A stretch of 64,000 nt of DNA. Origin: Candidatus Velthaea sp. Lineage in GTDB: Bacteria; Vulcanimicrobiota; Vulcanimicrobiia; Vulcanimicrobiales; Vulcanimicrobiaceae. Location: NCBI GenBank assembly GCA_965214935.1, contig CBDCCS010000018.1, positions 1-64,000 on the forward strand, written 5' to 3'. The translations under genes and the position numbers were made by a program. Below the pieces are notes generated by a model that saw only the letters and a list, made by a program, of their open reading frames with translations, was not told the origin of the DNA and searched no databases. Shown piece after piece: positions 10,141-20,399 of the stretch; position 1 is the first letter of the stretch; each line of letters starts with the position of its first letter.

Positions 10141-13100
10141 GTGCTCGAATCGTTAGTAATGGTGGCGCTGCCCGAGATGGGTGAATCCGTTACCGAAGGG
10201 TCGATCGTCGAGTGGCGCAAGAAGGTCGGCGATTGGGTTGCCGAAGGCGATACGCTCGTCGATGTCACGACCGATAAGGTCGACGTCGAAGTACCGTCGA
10301 CGGCCTCCGGCATCATCGTGGCGCTCCACGGCGCCGAGGGAATTACGGTCGCCGTGGGCACCGTGCTTGCCGAGATCGACCCGGCCGGTCGCAACTCGGA
10401 TGCCGAGCCCCAACGCGACGCCGCGGCGGGCAACGTATCCGCGCCCGCCGCGCCGACTCTCGTAACGCCGTCGGGCTACGGTTCGGCCGGTGAGATCGCG
10501 GCTCCCACGGCGCGTCCGGCCGGTAACGGCAGTCCAAAGAACGGCGCGCCGGTTGCGCGCGGCGTTGCATCGCATAAAGCGCAATTGATCGCCGAGCGTC
10601 TGCGCATCGATCTTACCAGCATCACCGGAAGCGGACCGGACGGGCTTATTCTGCGCGAGGATGTCGATCGCGCACTCGCCGGAGGCACGGCCCAGCTCGC
10701 CGGTGCGAACGCCAACGGCGCGACGAGCGTTGACGCCGGAGCGCCGCCGACCTCGGCGGCCGCCGTCTCTTTTCCGACCCTTGCGGCGCAAACCAGGGTC
10801 GTGGAACTCAAAGGCTCGATCGGAACGCTGGCCGGCTACATGGATCAGTCGTTGTCGATTCCGACGGCAACGTCGTTCCGAACGCTCGGTGTCGGTCTGC
10901 TGGAAACGCGGCGGGCAGAACTCAATGCGGCACTCAAGAGTGCCGGCCGAAGCGAAAAAATCAGCTTCACGCACATTATTGCGTTCGCTCTCGTTCGAGC
11001 CGCTGCCGAGCAGCCCGCGATGACCGCGGCCTTTCGGCGTGAAAACGGCAAGCCGCAGCGGATCGAAGCCGGGATTCATTTGGGCTTAGCGGTCGATTCG
11101 CAGCGTAAGGACGGTTCGCGCTTTCTCGTCGTGCCGGTGATCAAGAATGCCGATGCGCTGAGCTTCATCGAGTTTCGCCGGCGGTACGAAGAACTCGTCG
11201 CGAAAACGCGCGCGGGAAAGCTCGCTGTCGAAGATCAGAGCGGCGCGACGTTTACGCTCACCAATCCGGGGGGCATCGGAACGCTTGCGTCGGTGCCGCG
11301 GCTCATGGTCGGGCAAGGCGCAATTATCGCCGCCGGCGCGATTGCGTTTCCGCCGGGGTTTACGCACATCGCGCCGGCGACGGCCAAGCAATTGGGCATC
11401 GAAAAAGTGCTGACGCTGACGTCGACGTACGATCATCGCGTCATTCAAGGCGCTCAGTCGGGTGAATACCTCAAGCGTATCGACGAACTGCTCGGCGGCT
11501 CGGGCGGTTTCTACGATGCGATCTTCGCCGAATTCGATGTCGCGTCACGGTCCGACGCACCGGTCGAAACGGCCGTTACGACGGCTTCGCCGGCCGGCCT
11601 CACCGATGCGATCGCGGCGCCGGCCGGCGCCGGTACCTCGAACGAGCTGGTCCGGGCAATTGCTGCCGGCATGGCGATGGTCTCGTCGTACCGGCGCCAC
11701 GGACATCTGGCCGCAACGGTGGACCCGCTGGGCGTCAAGCCCGAGGGCGATCCGTCCTTGAGCCCGCGCTATTACAATCTCACGCCCGCGCTGCTCAGTG
11801 CCGTTCCGGCGTCGGTTTTACGCGTGAAGGTCCCCGGCGCGACACTGGCCGACGTCTTGCCGCGTCTGCGCGAGACGTATGCTTCGACGATCGCCTACGA
11901 GATCGAACACATCTCGAATACCGCGCAACGCGAGTGGCTGCGTGAATACATCGAAAGCGGCTTGCATCGTCGCGCGCTGCCCGACGCGCGCAAAGTCCAA
12001 GTGCTCGAACGGCTCACCAAAGTCGAAACCATGGAGCGCTATTTCCGCAAGCAGTTTCTATCGCAGAAAACATTCTCGATCGAAGGGCTCGATATGATGG
12101 TGCCGATGCTCGAAGAGATCATCAGCATGCTGGCCGAGGACGGCACCCAAAATGCCGTGCTTGGAATGGCTCATCGCGGACGGCTCTCGACCATCGCGCA
12201 TGTCGTCAATCGTCCCTACGAAGAGCTGCTGGCCGAATTTGAAGCCGGCTCGCTGAAAACCGCCACGCCCGATCCGGATGACGAACACGACGTTACCGGT
12301 GACGTGAAATACCATCATGGTGCCGACGGCATTTACACGACGCCGAACGGTACCAACATCAACGTAAAACTAGCAAACAATCCATCGCATCTCGAAGCGG
12401 TCGACGGCGTCGTCGAAGGGATCACGCGTGCACTGCAAACCGGGCACGTTTCAAATCCGCCGACGCTCGATTTCACGACTGCCGCACCGATTCTCATCCA
12501 TGGTGATGCTGCGTTCGCCGCTCAAGGCGTGGTCGCCGAGGTGCTCAACCTCCAAGCCCTCAGCGGGTATTCAACCGGCGGCACCATTCACATCATCTCG
12601 AACAACCAAGTCGGTTTCACCACCGACCCGCACGAAGGCCGCTCGACGCGCTATTCCTCGGACTTGGCCAAAGGCTATGATGTGCCGATCGTGCACGTCA
12701 ACGCCGACGACGTCGAAGCATGCATCGCTGCAGTCCGCTTGGCGATCGACTATCGGGCGAAATTCGGTCGCGATACGGTGATCGATTTGATTGGTTACCG
12801 CCGCTTCGGTCACAACGAGCAAGATGAACCGATGTACACGCAACCGCTAATGTACGAGGCGATCAAAGCGCATCCGACCGTACGCGAGTTATTTGCCGCG
12901 CAGCTCATTGCGCAGCGCGTGCTGACGACCGCCGATGTTAGTCTCATGCAAGAAGCCGCACTGGCGCGGATCGCCGAAGCGCACCGCAACGTTCGCCAGG
13001 GCGAGCACAAGAAACTCATCGGACAAAGCAAACCGGCGAACGCGCATATCGAGCTGGTGCCGAACACCGGCGTCGATCGCGAGCGCTTGATCGCGTACGC

Positions 13101-14247
13101 CGATGAAGTCATTGCAACGCCGCCGGGCTTTGCCGTTAACAAGAAGCTTCAGGCGCAGTTTTTAAAGCGCCGGTCGGCCTTTACGGCGGACGGCGAGGTC
13201 GATTGGGGGTTAGCCGAAGCGATGGCATTCGCGTCGCTGCTGGGCGACGGAACCCCAATCCGGCTGACCGGACAAGATGTCGAGCGCGGTACGTTCAGTC
13301 ACCGGCACGCCGTGTTGCACGACATGACCACCAACGCAAAACACGTGCCGTTGCAGCACACGCACGATGCGCAGGCGTCGTTTGAGATTTTTAATTCGCC
13401 GCTCTCGGAGTACGCCTGTCTCGGTTTCGAGTACGGCTACGGCGGCGTGTTGCCGAACGCGCTCGTTCTGTGGGAAGCGCAGTTCGGCGACTTCAACAAC
13501 GGCGCGCAAATCATCATCGATCAATTCATCGCCGCGGGCGCCGCGAAATGGGGTCAAGAAACACGGCTGACGCTCCTGCTGCCGCACGGCTACGAGGGAT
13601 CCGGACCGGAACACTCGAGTGCCCGGCTCGAACGTTTTTTGCAGCTATCGGCCGAAGGAAACATTCGCATTGCGAACTGCTCGACTTCGGCGCAATACTT
13701 TCACTTGCTGCGGTCGCAAGCGAAAGCAACGCACGCCTATCCGCTCGTGGTGATGACCCCAAAGTCGTTGTTGCGCAATCGCAGCGCGTACGGCACGCTC
13801 GACGAGCTCGTGAACGGAGCCTTCCGGGAAGTCATCGACGACCTGCGTTTCGCCGAACACCGGGATACCGTCGAGCGGCTCATTTTGTGCAGCGGCAAGA
13901 TCTATCACGACCTGATCGCGGACCCGGCATTTGCGACGATGCAGCGTACCGCTGTCGTGCGGATCGAGATGCTCTCACCGCTACCGAAAGCCGAAGTACT
14001 CAAGATCGTCGCGTCGTATCACAATCTCAAGCGAATCGTTTGGGTACAAGAAGAACCGAAAAACATGGGCGCGCGGGCGCACGTTCGCCGGCGGTTGATG
14101 GACGATCTGCCCGGGCAGATCACGGATATCGAATACGTCGGACGGCCGTATCGCGCGAGTCCGTCGGAAGGCTATCCCGGCGCACACGCCGTCGAACAAG
14201 ATCGTATCGTGAAGACGGCGCTCATCGAGGATTTGCCTAGCGCGTGA
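10141..14247 (+). CDS. sucA: Multifunctional 2-oxoglutarate dehydrogenase: lipoyl domain + E3-binding domain + succinyltransferase (E2) + E1 (Kgd/OdhA type)
   Basis: AGGAGA RBS before GTG 10141; LPEMGESVTEG...TDKVDVEVPS lipoyl domain; ITGSGPDGLILREDV; TYDHRVIQG; GMAHRGRL; GDVKYH; HGDAAF; WEAQFGDF; HGYEGSGPEHSS. Confidence 0.93.
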   Translation: MLESLVMVALPEMGESVTEGSIVEWRKKVGDWVAEGDTLVDVTTDKVDVEVPSTASGIIVALHGAEGITVAVGTVLAEIDPAGRNSDAEPQRDAAAGNVSAPAAPTLVTPSGYGSAGEIAAPTARPAGNGSPKNGAPVARGVASHKAQLIAERLRIDLTSITGSGPDGLILREDVDRALAGGTAQLAGANANGATSVDAGAPPTSAAAVSFPTLAAQTRVVELKGSIGTLAGYMDQSLSIPTATSFRTLGVGLLETRRAELNAALKSAGRSEKISFTHIIAFALVRAAAEQPAMTAAFRRENGKPQRIEAGIHLGLAVDSQRKDGSRFLVVPVIKNADALSFIEFRRRYEELVAKTRAGKLAVEDQSGATFTLTNPGGIGTLASVPRLMVGQGAIIAAGAIAFPPGFTHIAPATAKQLGIEKVLTLTSTYDHRVIQGAQSGEYLKRIDELLGGSGGFYDAIFAEFDVASRSDAPVETAVTTASPAGLTDAIAAPAGAGTSNELVRAIAAGMAMVSSYRRHGHLAATVDPLGVKPEGDPSLSPRYYNLTPALLSAVPASVLRVKVPGATLADVLPRLRETYASTIAYEIEHISNTAQREWLREYIESGLHRRALPDARKVQVLERLTKVETMERYFRKQFLSQKTFSIEGLDMMVPMLEEIISMLAEDGTQNAVLGMAHRGRLSTIAHVVNRPYEELLAEFEAGSLKTATPDPDDEHDVTGDVKYHHGADGIYTTPNGTNINVKLANNPSHLEAVDGVVEGITRALQTGHVSNPPTLDFTTAAPILIHGDAAFAAQGVVAEVLNLQALSGYSTGGTIHIISNNQVGFTTDPHEGRSTRYSSDLAKGYDVPIVHVNADDVEACIAAVRLAIDYRAKFGRDTVIDLIGYRRFGHNEQDEPMYTQPLMYEAIKAHPTVRELFAAQLIAQRVLTTADVSLMQEAALARIAEAHRNVRQGEHKKLIGQSKPANAHIELVPNTGVDRERLIAYADEVIATPPGFAVNKKLQAQFLKRRSAFTADGEVDWGLAEAMAFASLLGDGTPIRLTGQDVERGTFSHRHAVLHDMTTNAKHVPLQHTHDAQASFEIFNSPLSEYACLGFEYGYGGVLPNALVLWEAQFGDFNNGAQIIIDQFIAAGAAKWGQETRLTLLLPHGYEGSGPEHSSARLERFLQLSAEGNIRIANCSTSAQYFHLLRSQAKATHAYPLVVMTPKSLLRNRSAYGTLDELVNGAFREVIDDLRFAEHRDTVERLILCSGKIYHDLIADPAFATMQRTAVVRIEMLSPLPKAEVLKIVASYHNLKRIVWVQEEPKNMGARAHVRRRLMDDLPGQITDIEYVGRPYRASPSEGYPGAHAVEQDRIVKTALIEDLPSA

Positions 14248-14793
14248 TTACGCCGGTGTCCGCGCGGCAACGGCGGCAAGGCCCGCCACATCGCCGACGA
14301 CTTGGACGATGGCGCGATTCCGGTCGTTGATGAATCCGGCGCGATTCGCACGATCGAACATCGCGAGCAGCGGGTCGTAATACCCGCCCGCGTTGAGGAT
14401 GACGCACGGCTTGTCGATAATGCGCAATTGCACCCACGTCACGACTTCGCAAAACTCCTCAAACGTTCCGAAGCCGCCCGGCAGCATGACGAAGCCGCTC
14501 GACAAGTCATTCATGAGCGCTTTGCGTTCGTGCATCGAGTCCACAACATGAAGTTGCGTGATGCCCGCATGCGCAACTTCGCGCGCCGCAAGCGCCTGTG
14601 GAATAACGCCGATAACGCTGCCGCCTGCGGCGATCGCAGCGTCGGCGACGGCACCCATCAAGCCGACGTTTCCGCCGCCGTAAACGACGCCGATGCCGGC
14701 TTGCGCGAACATTTTCCCGGTGTCGGTCGCCGTCCGGCGATGCAGCGGATCGTCACCGGTCGACGAACCGCAAAAGACGCACCAGCGGATCAG
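14248..14793 (-). CDS. LOG family nucleotide phosphoribohydrolase (TIGR00730-like)
   Basis: CVFCGSS, VYGGGNVGLMG, MHERKA, PGGFGTFEE. The conserved N-terminus extends 27 codons upstream of the called ATG (14712). Confidence 0.88.
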   Translation of the reverse strand: MIRWCVFCGSSTGDDPLHRRTATDTGKMFAQAGIGVVYGGGNVGLMGAVADAAIAAGGSVIGVIPQALAAREVAHAGITQLHVVDSMHERKALMNDLSSGFVMLPGGFGTFEEFCEVVTWVQLRIIDKPCVILNAGGYYDPLLAMFDRANRAGFINDRNRAIVQVVGDVAGLAAVAARTPA

Positions 14794-16166
14794 GCGAGTG
14801 CTTCGATCCGGCCGCCCGAACGCTCGAGCGCGCTTGCAATCATCGCCGATTGGAGCGCCGGCGACTGCCAGCGTGCCTGGGCGTCCAACGACAACGTGTC
14901 GATCGGGTCGAAGTACAGAAAGTACTTCCCGGGTTTCACGCTTGGCGCCGTATACACCGCGATGCCGTTCTCGCGATCGTAATATTCAAAGCTGTGCACG
15001 TCACGCTTGCCGCCGCCGCCGGGTGCGTCGCAGATGAAAAGCGGCGTGTTGAAACCGGCAGTCGTACCACGCACGTGTTTTTCAAGATCGACTGCCGTTT
15101 GAATCGAAGTCCGCAACTCTTCGACGCCTTTGACGAGATCGTGCATGTAGACGTAATACGGGTGAACGTTGATGTATTCGAGCCGCTTTATCAGCGTCGT
15201 CATCGTTGCGGCGTCGTCGTTTACTCCGCGGATGAGCACCGTCTGATTGCGAACGTAGATACCGCGTTCGAATAGCAGCCGCATCGCTCGTTCGGTGATC
15301 CAACTGATTTCGTTCGGACTGTTGAAGTGCGTATGCAAAACGACTTCTTTGCCCATTTTGCGACCCCGATCGACGATCGACGTAAGCGCGTCGGTCCAGG
15401 CACGATCGGTTAATACTTTCATCGGCATGACGGCGGGGCCCTTAGTGGCGAACCGCATGCGGCGAACGTGCGGTATGGCTAAGAGCGCGTCGCCGATGAG
15501 CGCGAGCATTTTCGGAGCGAGCTGATAGGTGTCGCCGCCCGAAATAACGATGTCTTCGAGTTCCGGACGCGATGCGATGTAAGCAAAGGCGTCCTGCCAA
15601 TCTTTCGGCGTTTTGGCCAATCGCGCTTTATCGACTTCCTCGGTATCGGGTCCGATCGCGTACGAGCGCGTACAAAATCGGCAATAGACGGGACAGGTAT
15701 TGAGCGGTAGAAACAGTGCCTTGTCGACGTAGCGATGGATGAGACCGGGCACCGGCGAGTCATCTTGCTCGTGCAACGAATCGAGCGTCAAGCGCGGGTG
15801 ATCGGACATTAAGCGCGACGCGACGGGAATGAATTGACGGCGAATCGGGTCCGTGTAGGGACTATTCCAATCGATCGAGGCGATGAGGTAGGGTGACACC
15901 CGAACCGCCATCGGTGCTCGCCGAAAGCCTTCGCGGGCGTCGTCGATGAACGATGCCGGCACGAGGTCGCTGATCGTCTCGAGCAATTCGTCGGGCGTTT
16001 TGATCGATTGTCGGCCCTGCCAGATATGATCGAGAAACGTCGCCTCGTCAATGTCGGCGTAGGCCGGAATCGTGCGCCAAAATTCGCCTTGGCGTAACGT
16101 GCGATGGGCGAGCGCGGCGGGAACTGCCGGCGGCTTGATCGCGGGCGATGAATCGATTGAGAGCAT
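14790..16166 (-). CDS. kamA: KamA-family radical SAM aminomutase (lysine 2,3-aminomutase-like)
   Basis: HRYVDK, CPVYCRFCTR (CxxxCxxC), SGGD, HFN, NQTVL, APGGGGK PLP lysine; adjacent to kdd. Start trimmed to the ATG at 16166. Confidence 0.88.
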   Translation of the reverse strand: MLSIDSSPAIKPPAVPAALAHRTLRQGEFWRTIPAYADIDEATFLDHIWQGRQSIKTPDELLETISDLVPASFIDDAREGFRRAPMAVRVSPYLIASIDWNSPYTDPIRRQFIPVASRLMSDHPRLTLDSLHEQDDSPVPGLIHRYVDKALFLPLNTCPVYCRFCTRSYAIGPDTEEVDKARLAKTPKDWQDAFAYIASRPELEDIVISGGDTYQLAPKMLALIGDALLAIPHVRRMRFATKGPAVMPMKVLTDRAWTDALTSIVDRGRKMGKEVVLHTHFNSPNEISWITERAMRLLFERGIYVRNQTVLIRGVNDDAATMTTLIKRLEYINVHPYYVYMHDLVKGVEELRTSIQTAVDLEKHVRGTTAGFNTPLFICDAPGGGGKRDVHSFEYYDRENGIAVYTAPSVKPGKYFLYFDPIDTLSLDAQARWQSPALQSAMIASALERSGGRIEALA

Positions 16167-16180
16167 AGGACCAGACCCTT

Positions 16181-17242
16181 TCAAACCGCTCGCGAGCCAT
16201 AGCGTTGCGTGAAGTACGCCAGCACCGGCGGATAATCGCGCAGCGTTTGCAGTGCCGTCGCCGCGTGACCCTTGGCGTAACCGTTGCCGACGATCATCGT
16301 GACGTCGGCTCCGACGCCTTCGGCACCGAGTGCCGCCGCGGTGAACGACGTGTTCATCGAAAAAAAGTACACGCAGCCGGCCTCGCGCGTGCACAGAATC
16401 GAGGTTAACTCCGTGCCCGGCACGTTCACGCAGTTCACTGCCAGATCGGCCAGCTGCGGAAGATGGTCGGGCAGCTGAGCGACGATCGACAGCGCATCGC
16501 GAGCGTCCCCCTCGATCAGCGTATCGGCATACCCCTGAGCGAGCAGGAGCCTCGCCGGGACCGTTCGGGCGTCCGGCACGATGCCCACGACCCGGCCGGA
16601 TGCGCCGACGCGTGCCCGGGCTTGCACGCAACTGAGCAAACCGGATTTTCCGTCCGCGCCGATCACACACACCGTCTGACCCGGCTGCGCCAAGCGGCGA
16701 ACTTGGGCCGGGGCGCCGGCAACGTCGAGCACGGCCAGCGCAACGTCGTCGGGGATATCGTCCGGCAGACGCGTGTAGATGCCGCTTTCAAACAGAATCG
16801 CCGTACCGCGCACCCATACCCGGCCGGTCGGGACGTCGATGTCGAGAACCGCATCGAGCGCGAGCGGCGTCAAGGTCAGCGATACGAGCGATGCAATCCG
16901 ATCGCCGACGGCAATGTCGTTGCGGCGCGCGAGCTCCGGCCCGATTTGCAGCACGCGGCCGACGAACATTCCGCCGCTGCCGGTGACGGCGTTATGCTGT
17001 TTTCCGCGCTCGCGGATGGTCGCCGCAATATGCTCACCGATTGCCGCGCGGTCGTTCGAACACACGTCGGCGATCTGCTTGAACGAAGCGGAGTCGATGT
17101 TGAGGACGTCGACCGCGCATAAGATCTCATTTGCCGCAGCGACCGGCGTCGCATCGAGGCGCCAAGCGGTTTGGGGCAATGCGCCGGGCGGCTCGAGTAC
17201 GCGGTGGCAGCCCAAGCGGCGGCTGCTGCTCGCAGCGATCAT
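16181..17242 (-). CDS. kdd: L-erythro-3,5-diaminohexanoate dehydrogenase
   Basis: GCHRVLEPPGALPQ, LNIDSASF, RGKQHNAVTGSGGM, SLVSLTLTPL, DVAGAP, AALGAEGVG, IVGNGY. Confidence 0.88.
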   Translation of the reverse strand: MIAASSSRRLGCHRVLEPPGALPQTAWRLDATPVAAANEILCAVDVLNIDSASFKQIADVCSNDRAAIGEHIAATIRERGKQHNAVTGSGGMFVGRVLQIGPELARRNDIAVGDRIASLVSLTLTPLALDAVLDIDVPTGRVWVRGTAILFESGIYTRLPDDIPDDVALAVLDVAGAPAQVRRLAQPGQTVCVIGADGKSGLLSCVQARARVGASGRVVGIVPDARTVPARLLLAQGYADTLIEGDARDALSIVAQLPDHLPQLADLAVNCVNVPGTELTSILCTREAGCVYFFSMNTSFTAAALGAEGVGADVTMIVGNGYAKGHAATALQTLRDYPPVLAYFTQRYGSRAV

Positions 17243-17742
17243 ACCGCCCCCAGCGGCCGATCGGTCACGACGACGCCGGGACGTTCGAACGGCGTCGAGA
17301 GAACGATCGTCGTCTGCGTTCGCGCGATGCCCGGAATTCGCTTGATGCGCGATAGGAAATCGTCTAAATGCGCGGTTGAGCGCGTTGCGACTTTGAGTAG
17401 AAACGTTTCATCGCCCGCAACGCTGTGCATCTCGAGCACCTCGGGCAAAGCGGCAAACTGATCGACAAATTCGTCGTAGGCCTTTTCGGCAGCCGTGATG
17501 ACCCCGACGAAAGCCATGAGCTCGTAGCCCAGGCGGCGATTATCGACTTGCGCGGCGTAACCGCGAACGAAGCCGCGCGTTTCGAGCCGCTTGATCCGCT
17601 CGTGGACCGCCGGTGCCTTGAGACCGACAACCGTACCGAGTTCGGCAAATGTCGAACGAGCGTTTCGCTGGAGCGCTTCGACCAGCTGCAAATCGAGAGT
17701 GTCAAGTTCGGGATGCGCGAACATCGTGGCTCTTTCTTGCAT
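17239..17742 (-). CDS. Lrp/AsnC family transcriptional regulator
   Basis: LDTLDLQLVEALQRNAR, HTH ...VHERIKRLE, HSVAGD, TQTTIVLS. Stop overlaps the kdd start. Confidence 0.92.
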   Translation of the reverse strand: MQERATMFAHPELDTLDLQLVEALQRNARSTFAELGTVVGLKAPAVHERIKRLETRGFVRGYAAQVDNRRLGYELMAFVGVITAAEKAYDEFVDQFAALPEVLEMHSVAGDETFLLKVATRSTAHLDDFLSRIKRIPGIARTQTTIVLSTPFERPGVVVTDRPLGAV

Positions 17743-17845
17743 TTAGCCTTGTTTCATTCGTCACATCGGATTTAGAGCCTACAGGTGTTCGGCAACCGTC
17801 GGCGTTGGCGGGAAGGCGCCGAGCCGACCGGAACGCAGATCGATC

Positions 17846-19459
17846 GTGTGGCCGATTTCGGCACGCGTCGTTGCGTGCTCGCTCATCTTGGCAGCTGCGG
17901 CTTGCAGCCGATCCGTTCCCAGCGCGCCGCCGAGCACGGTGCGCTTCGACATACCGGCCGATCCGGCGACGCTCGACCCGCTTTTCGCGCATGTCGACGC
18001 CAATAGCGTTGAAAACCAAGTTGCCCGGCTTGCATTCGAGCCGTTCATCGATATCGATGCGCGCGGTCGTAGCGTCCCGGTCTTACTCTCGCGGGTGCCG
18101 ACACTCGCCAACGGCGATGTGACGCCCGATGGCCGAACCATAACGTATCGGCTGCGCCACAACGTGCACTGGCAGGACGGACCGCTCGTTACGGCGCGCG
18201 ATGTGATGTTTACCCTGCGTGCGATCCTCGACGCGCGCAATCCGGTGCGCTCGCGCGAGGGCTACGATCGAATCGTGCAGATCCGCAAGCTCGATGATTT
18301 TCGCGTCCGCGTGACGTTGCGGTCGGCTTGGGCGCCGGCGGTGGCGACGTTTTTCAGTTACGGCAGCGCTCCGCAATACGTGCTGCCGGCACATTTACTC
18401 GAAAACCGTGCACCGCTCGCGCAGGATCCGTTCGGCGCGCATCCGGTCGGTGACGGGCCGTATCGCCTCGTGCGTTGGGATCGCGGCGAGCGGCTCGTCT
18501 ATGAAGCAAACGACGCGTATTGGCGCGGCCGGCCGGCCGTCGCGCGGCTCGAGGTGCGCATCGTTCCCGATCCGAGTACGAATCTGACGTTACTGCGCAG
18601 CGATAGCATCGATTGGAATCTCATTGCCCCCGCGCAAGTCCCGGCACTCGCCGCCAAGCTGAATCTCGCCTATGCCGTTGCTCCGCTTGCGCTCGTCGCC
18701 GGGATCGCGCTCAACACGCTGCATCGTCCGCTTGACGACGTACGGGTGCGCCGAGCGCTCGCGGCTTCGATCGACCGGGACGGCATCAGCCGCAAAATAA
18801 CGTACGGACGCTATCCGCCGATCGACACGGCGCAGCCGTTGGGTTCGTGGGCGCACGATCCCGCCGCGCGTCTGCCGCGCTACGATCCGGCTGCGGCCGA
18901 CGCACTCCTTGCCTCAGCCGGCTGGGCGCGTGCAGCGAACGGCATGCGCTACAAACACCGCGTCCCGCTTGCGCTTACGTACGTGCAGTTTCCCGAAACC
19001 ACGACCGGCGTCCGGGTCGCGACGGTCGTGCAAAGCGAACTTGCCGCACGCGGAATCGCCGTTACGATCAAGTCGATCTCGAACGCACAGCTGTTCTTGC
19101 CCGCCGCGCAAGGCGGAACGCTCGCCCGCGGAGATTTCGATCTGGCCTACGTTCCGTGGGCGATGGGTGCCGATCCGGACGACAGCTTCCTGCTAAGCTG
19201 CCACGGCGCGGCGAACTACATGCGCTGGTGCGATCGGGCCGTTGAAGCACTTGAACGGCGCGCGATCCTCACGCCGGATCGGCCGTCGCGCAGCGCGCTC
19301 TACGCGCAAATTCAGCGGCGTGTTGCAAGTGCCGTGCCGATCGTCTATCTCTTTAACCCCGCCTACGTGTACGCGTATCAGAAGCGCCTGCACGGATTTG
19401 CTCCCAATGCGTTTCTGCCGACCTGGAACGCCGCAGCTTGGAGTCTCCGAACACCATGA
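17846..19459 (+). CDS. Peptide/nickel ABC transporter substrate-binding lipoprotein (family 5), orphan
   Basis: Lipobox-like LAAAAC, DPATLDP, LRHNVHWQDG, TARDVMFT, PVGDGPY, DVRVRRAL. Confidence 0.88.
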   Translation: MWPISARVVACSLILAAAACSRSVPSAPPSTVRFDIPADPATLDPLFAHVDANSVENQVARLAFEPFIDIDARGRSVPVLLSRVPTLANGDVTPDGRTITYRLRHNVHWQDGPLVTARDVMFTLRAILDARNPVRSREGYDRIVQIRKLDDFRVRVTLRSAWAPAVATFFSYGSAPQYVLPAHLLENRAPLAQDPFGAHPVGDGPYRLVRWDRGERLVYEANDAYWRGRPAVARLEVRIVPDPSTNLTLLRSDSIDWNLIAPAQVPALAAKLNLAYAVAPLALVAGIALNTLHRPLDDVRVRRALAASIDRDGISRKITYGRYPPIDTAQPLGSWAHDPAARLPRYDPAAADALLASAGWARAANGMRYKHRVPLALTYVQFPETTTGVRVATVVQSELAARGIAVTIKSISNAQLFLPAAQGGTLARGDFDLAYVPWAMGADPDDSFLLSCHGAANYMRWCDRAVEALERRAILTPDRPSRSALYAQIQRRVASAVPIVYLFNPAYVYAYQKRLHGFAPNAFLPTWNAAAWSLRTP

Positions 19460-19755
19460 ATCGTATCATCGCCGCCGGTTATCCGTATGAAATCGCGGGC
19501 TTGGTGTTCTATGTCTTCTTTCTTGCAATGCAGCGCAAAGGCGGTCAGCGCTATTCGCAGCGGACGCGAATCTTGACCATCCTTGCAGCGATCGGTCTGG
19601 TCGGCGTCGTGCCCTTTCACTATGCCACGAACGCCGTTGCCGTCGAAGCGCTGCTCTTGCTCGGTCTGGCAGCCGTGGTATCGGCGTTCGCCGACCGGCG
19701 ATCGGTGCCTGAGGGTCCGCCGGTTAGCGGAACGTCACGCCGTCCAAAACAATGA
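19456..19755 (+). CDS. Small hypothetical membrane protein (3 TM)
   Basis: ATGA overlap with the upstream stop; three hydrophobic segments. Confidence 0.6.
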   Translation: MNRIIAAGYPYEIAGLVFYVFFLAMQRKGGQRYSQRTRILTILAAIGLVGVVPFHYATNAVAVEALLLLGLAAVVSAFADRRSVPEGPPVSGTSRRPKQ

Positions 19756-20146
19756 AGCCGGCCGGATGCGTGCCGTGAATGGTCCGATGCGTCCAGTGAA
19801 TGCCTTCGTGTCCGGGGCGATCGAAATAGTATTCACCCCGCACGACTGCCGGCTCGCCGACCCGCACCGGGAGTTCGCCCAGCATATCGAGGTTCGCATC
19901 GATTGCGACGATCGCGCCGTCTGCGGTCCGAACGTCGATGACGCGATGTTCGCCGCTGCGTGAACGGCGTTCGCGGCCGGCCGCCACGACCGTTCCGCAC
20001 AAGGTAATTTCCGTTCGGTCGGCATGAGCCGCCGCTACGGCGCGATACGCGTGCGGATCGCATGCGGTCGCCGAAGATGCCGACGGTCCGCAACCCGCGC
20101 CGATGAGATTCGCGGCGATGATAACGGCGACATGTCTGCGCCCCAT
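19724..20146 (-). CDS. DUF3465-like exported protein
   Basis: Lipoprotein-like signal (IGAGC); VRGEYY...IHWTH...HPAGF motif. Confidence 0.65.
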   Translation of the reverse strand: MGRRHVAVIIAANLIGAGCGPSASSATACDPHAYRAVAAAHADRTEITLCGTVVAAGRERRSRSGEHRVIDVRTADGAIVAIDANLDMLGELPVRVGEPAVVRGEYYFDRPGHEGIHWTHRTIHGTHPAGFIVLDGVTFR

Positions 20147-20162
20147 GGGCGCCGAGCACGGC

Positions 20163-20399
20163 TTATTTGTCGTCGCGTTCCGTCGGTTTGCGGCTGTCCT
20201 CGGCTAGCAACGCGGCCAGCTCTCGATCCATATCATTCTTGTTAACGACTAAACGGAGCGGTGTTTTGGTCACCGGTTCGACGACGGGCCGCGCCGGTTT
20301 CGGAACCGGGCGCCGTCCGCGGCGTGCTGATTCGGCGGCAAACACCGGTATCACGAGCGCCGCAAGCAGCACGAGAACGATCACGGCCTGCAACGTCAT
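20163..20399 (-). CDS. Small hypothetical protein with N-terminal TM helix
   Basis: Hydrophobic N-terminus, basic Pro-rich linker, fills the intergenic gap. Confidence 0.55.
   Translation of the reverse strand: MTLQAVIVLVLLAALVIPVFAAESARRGRRPVPKPARPVVEPVTKTPLRLVVNKNDMDRELAALLAEDSRKPTERDDK

Noticed and set aside
16167..16670. N-terminal extension of KamA in the ORF track
   Set aside because: Overlaps kdd in a different frame and is low-complexity Arg/Gly shadow sequence.
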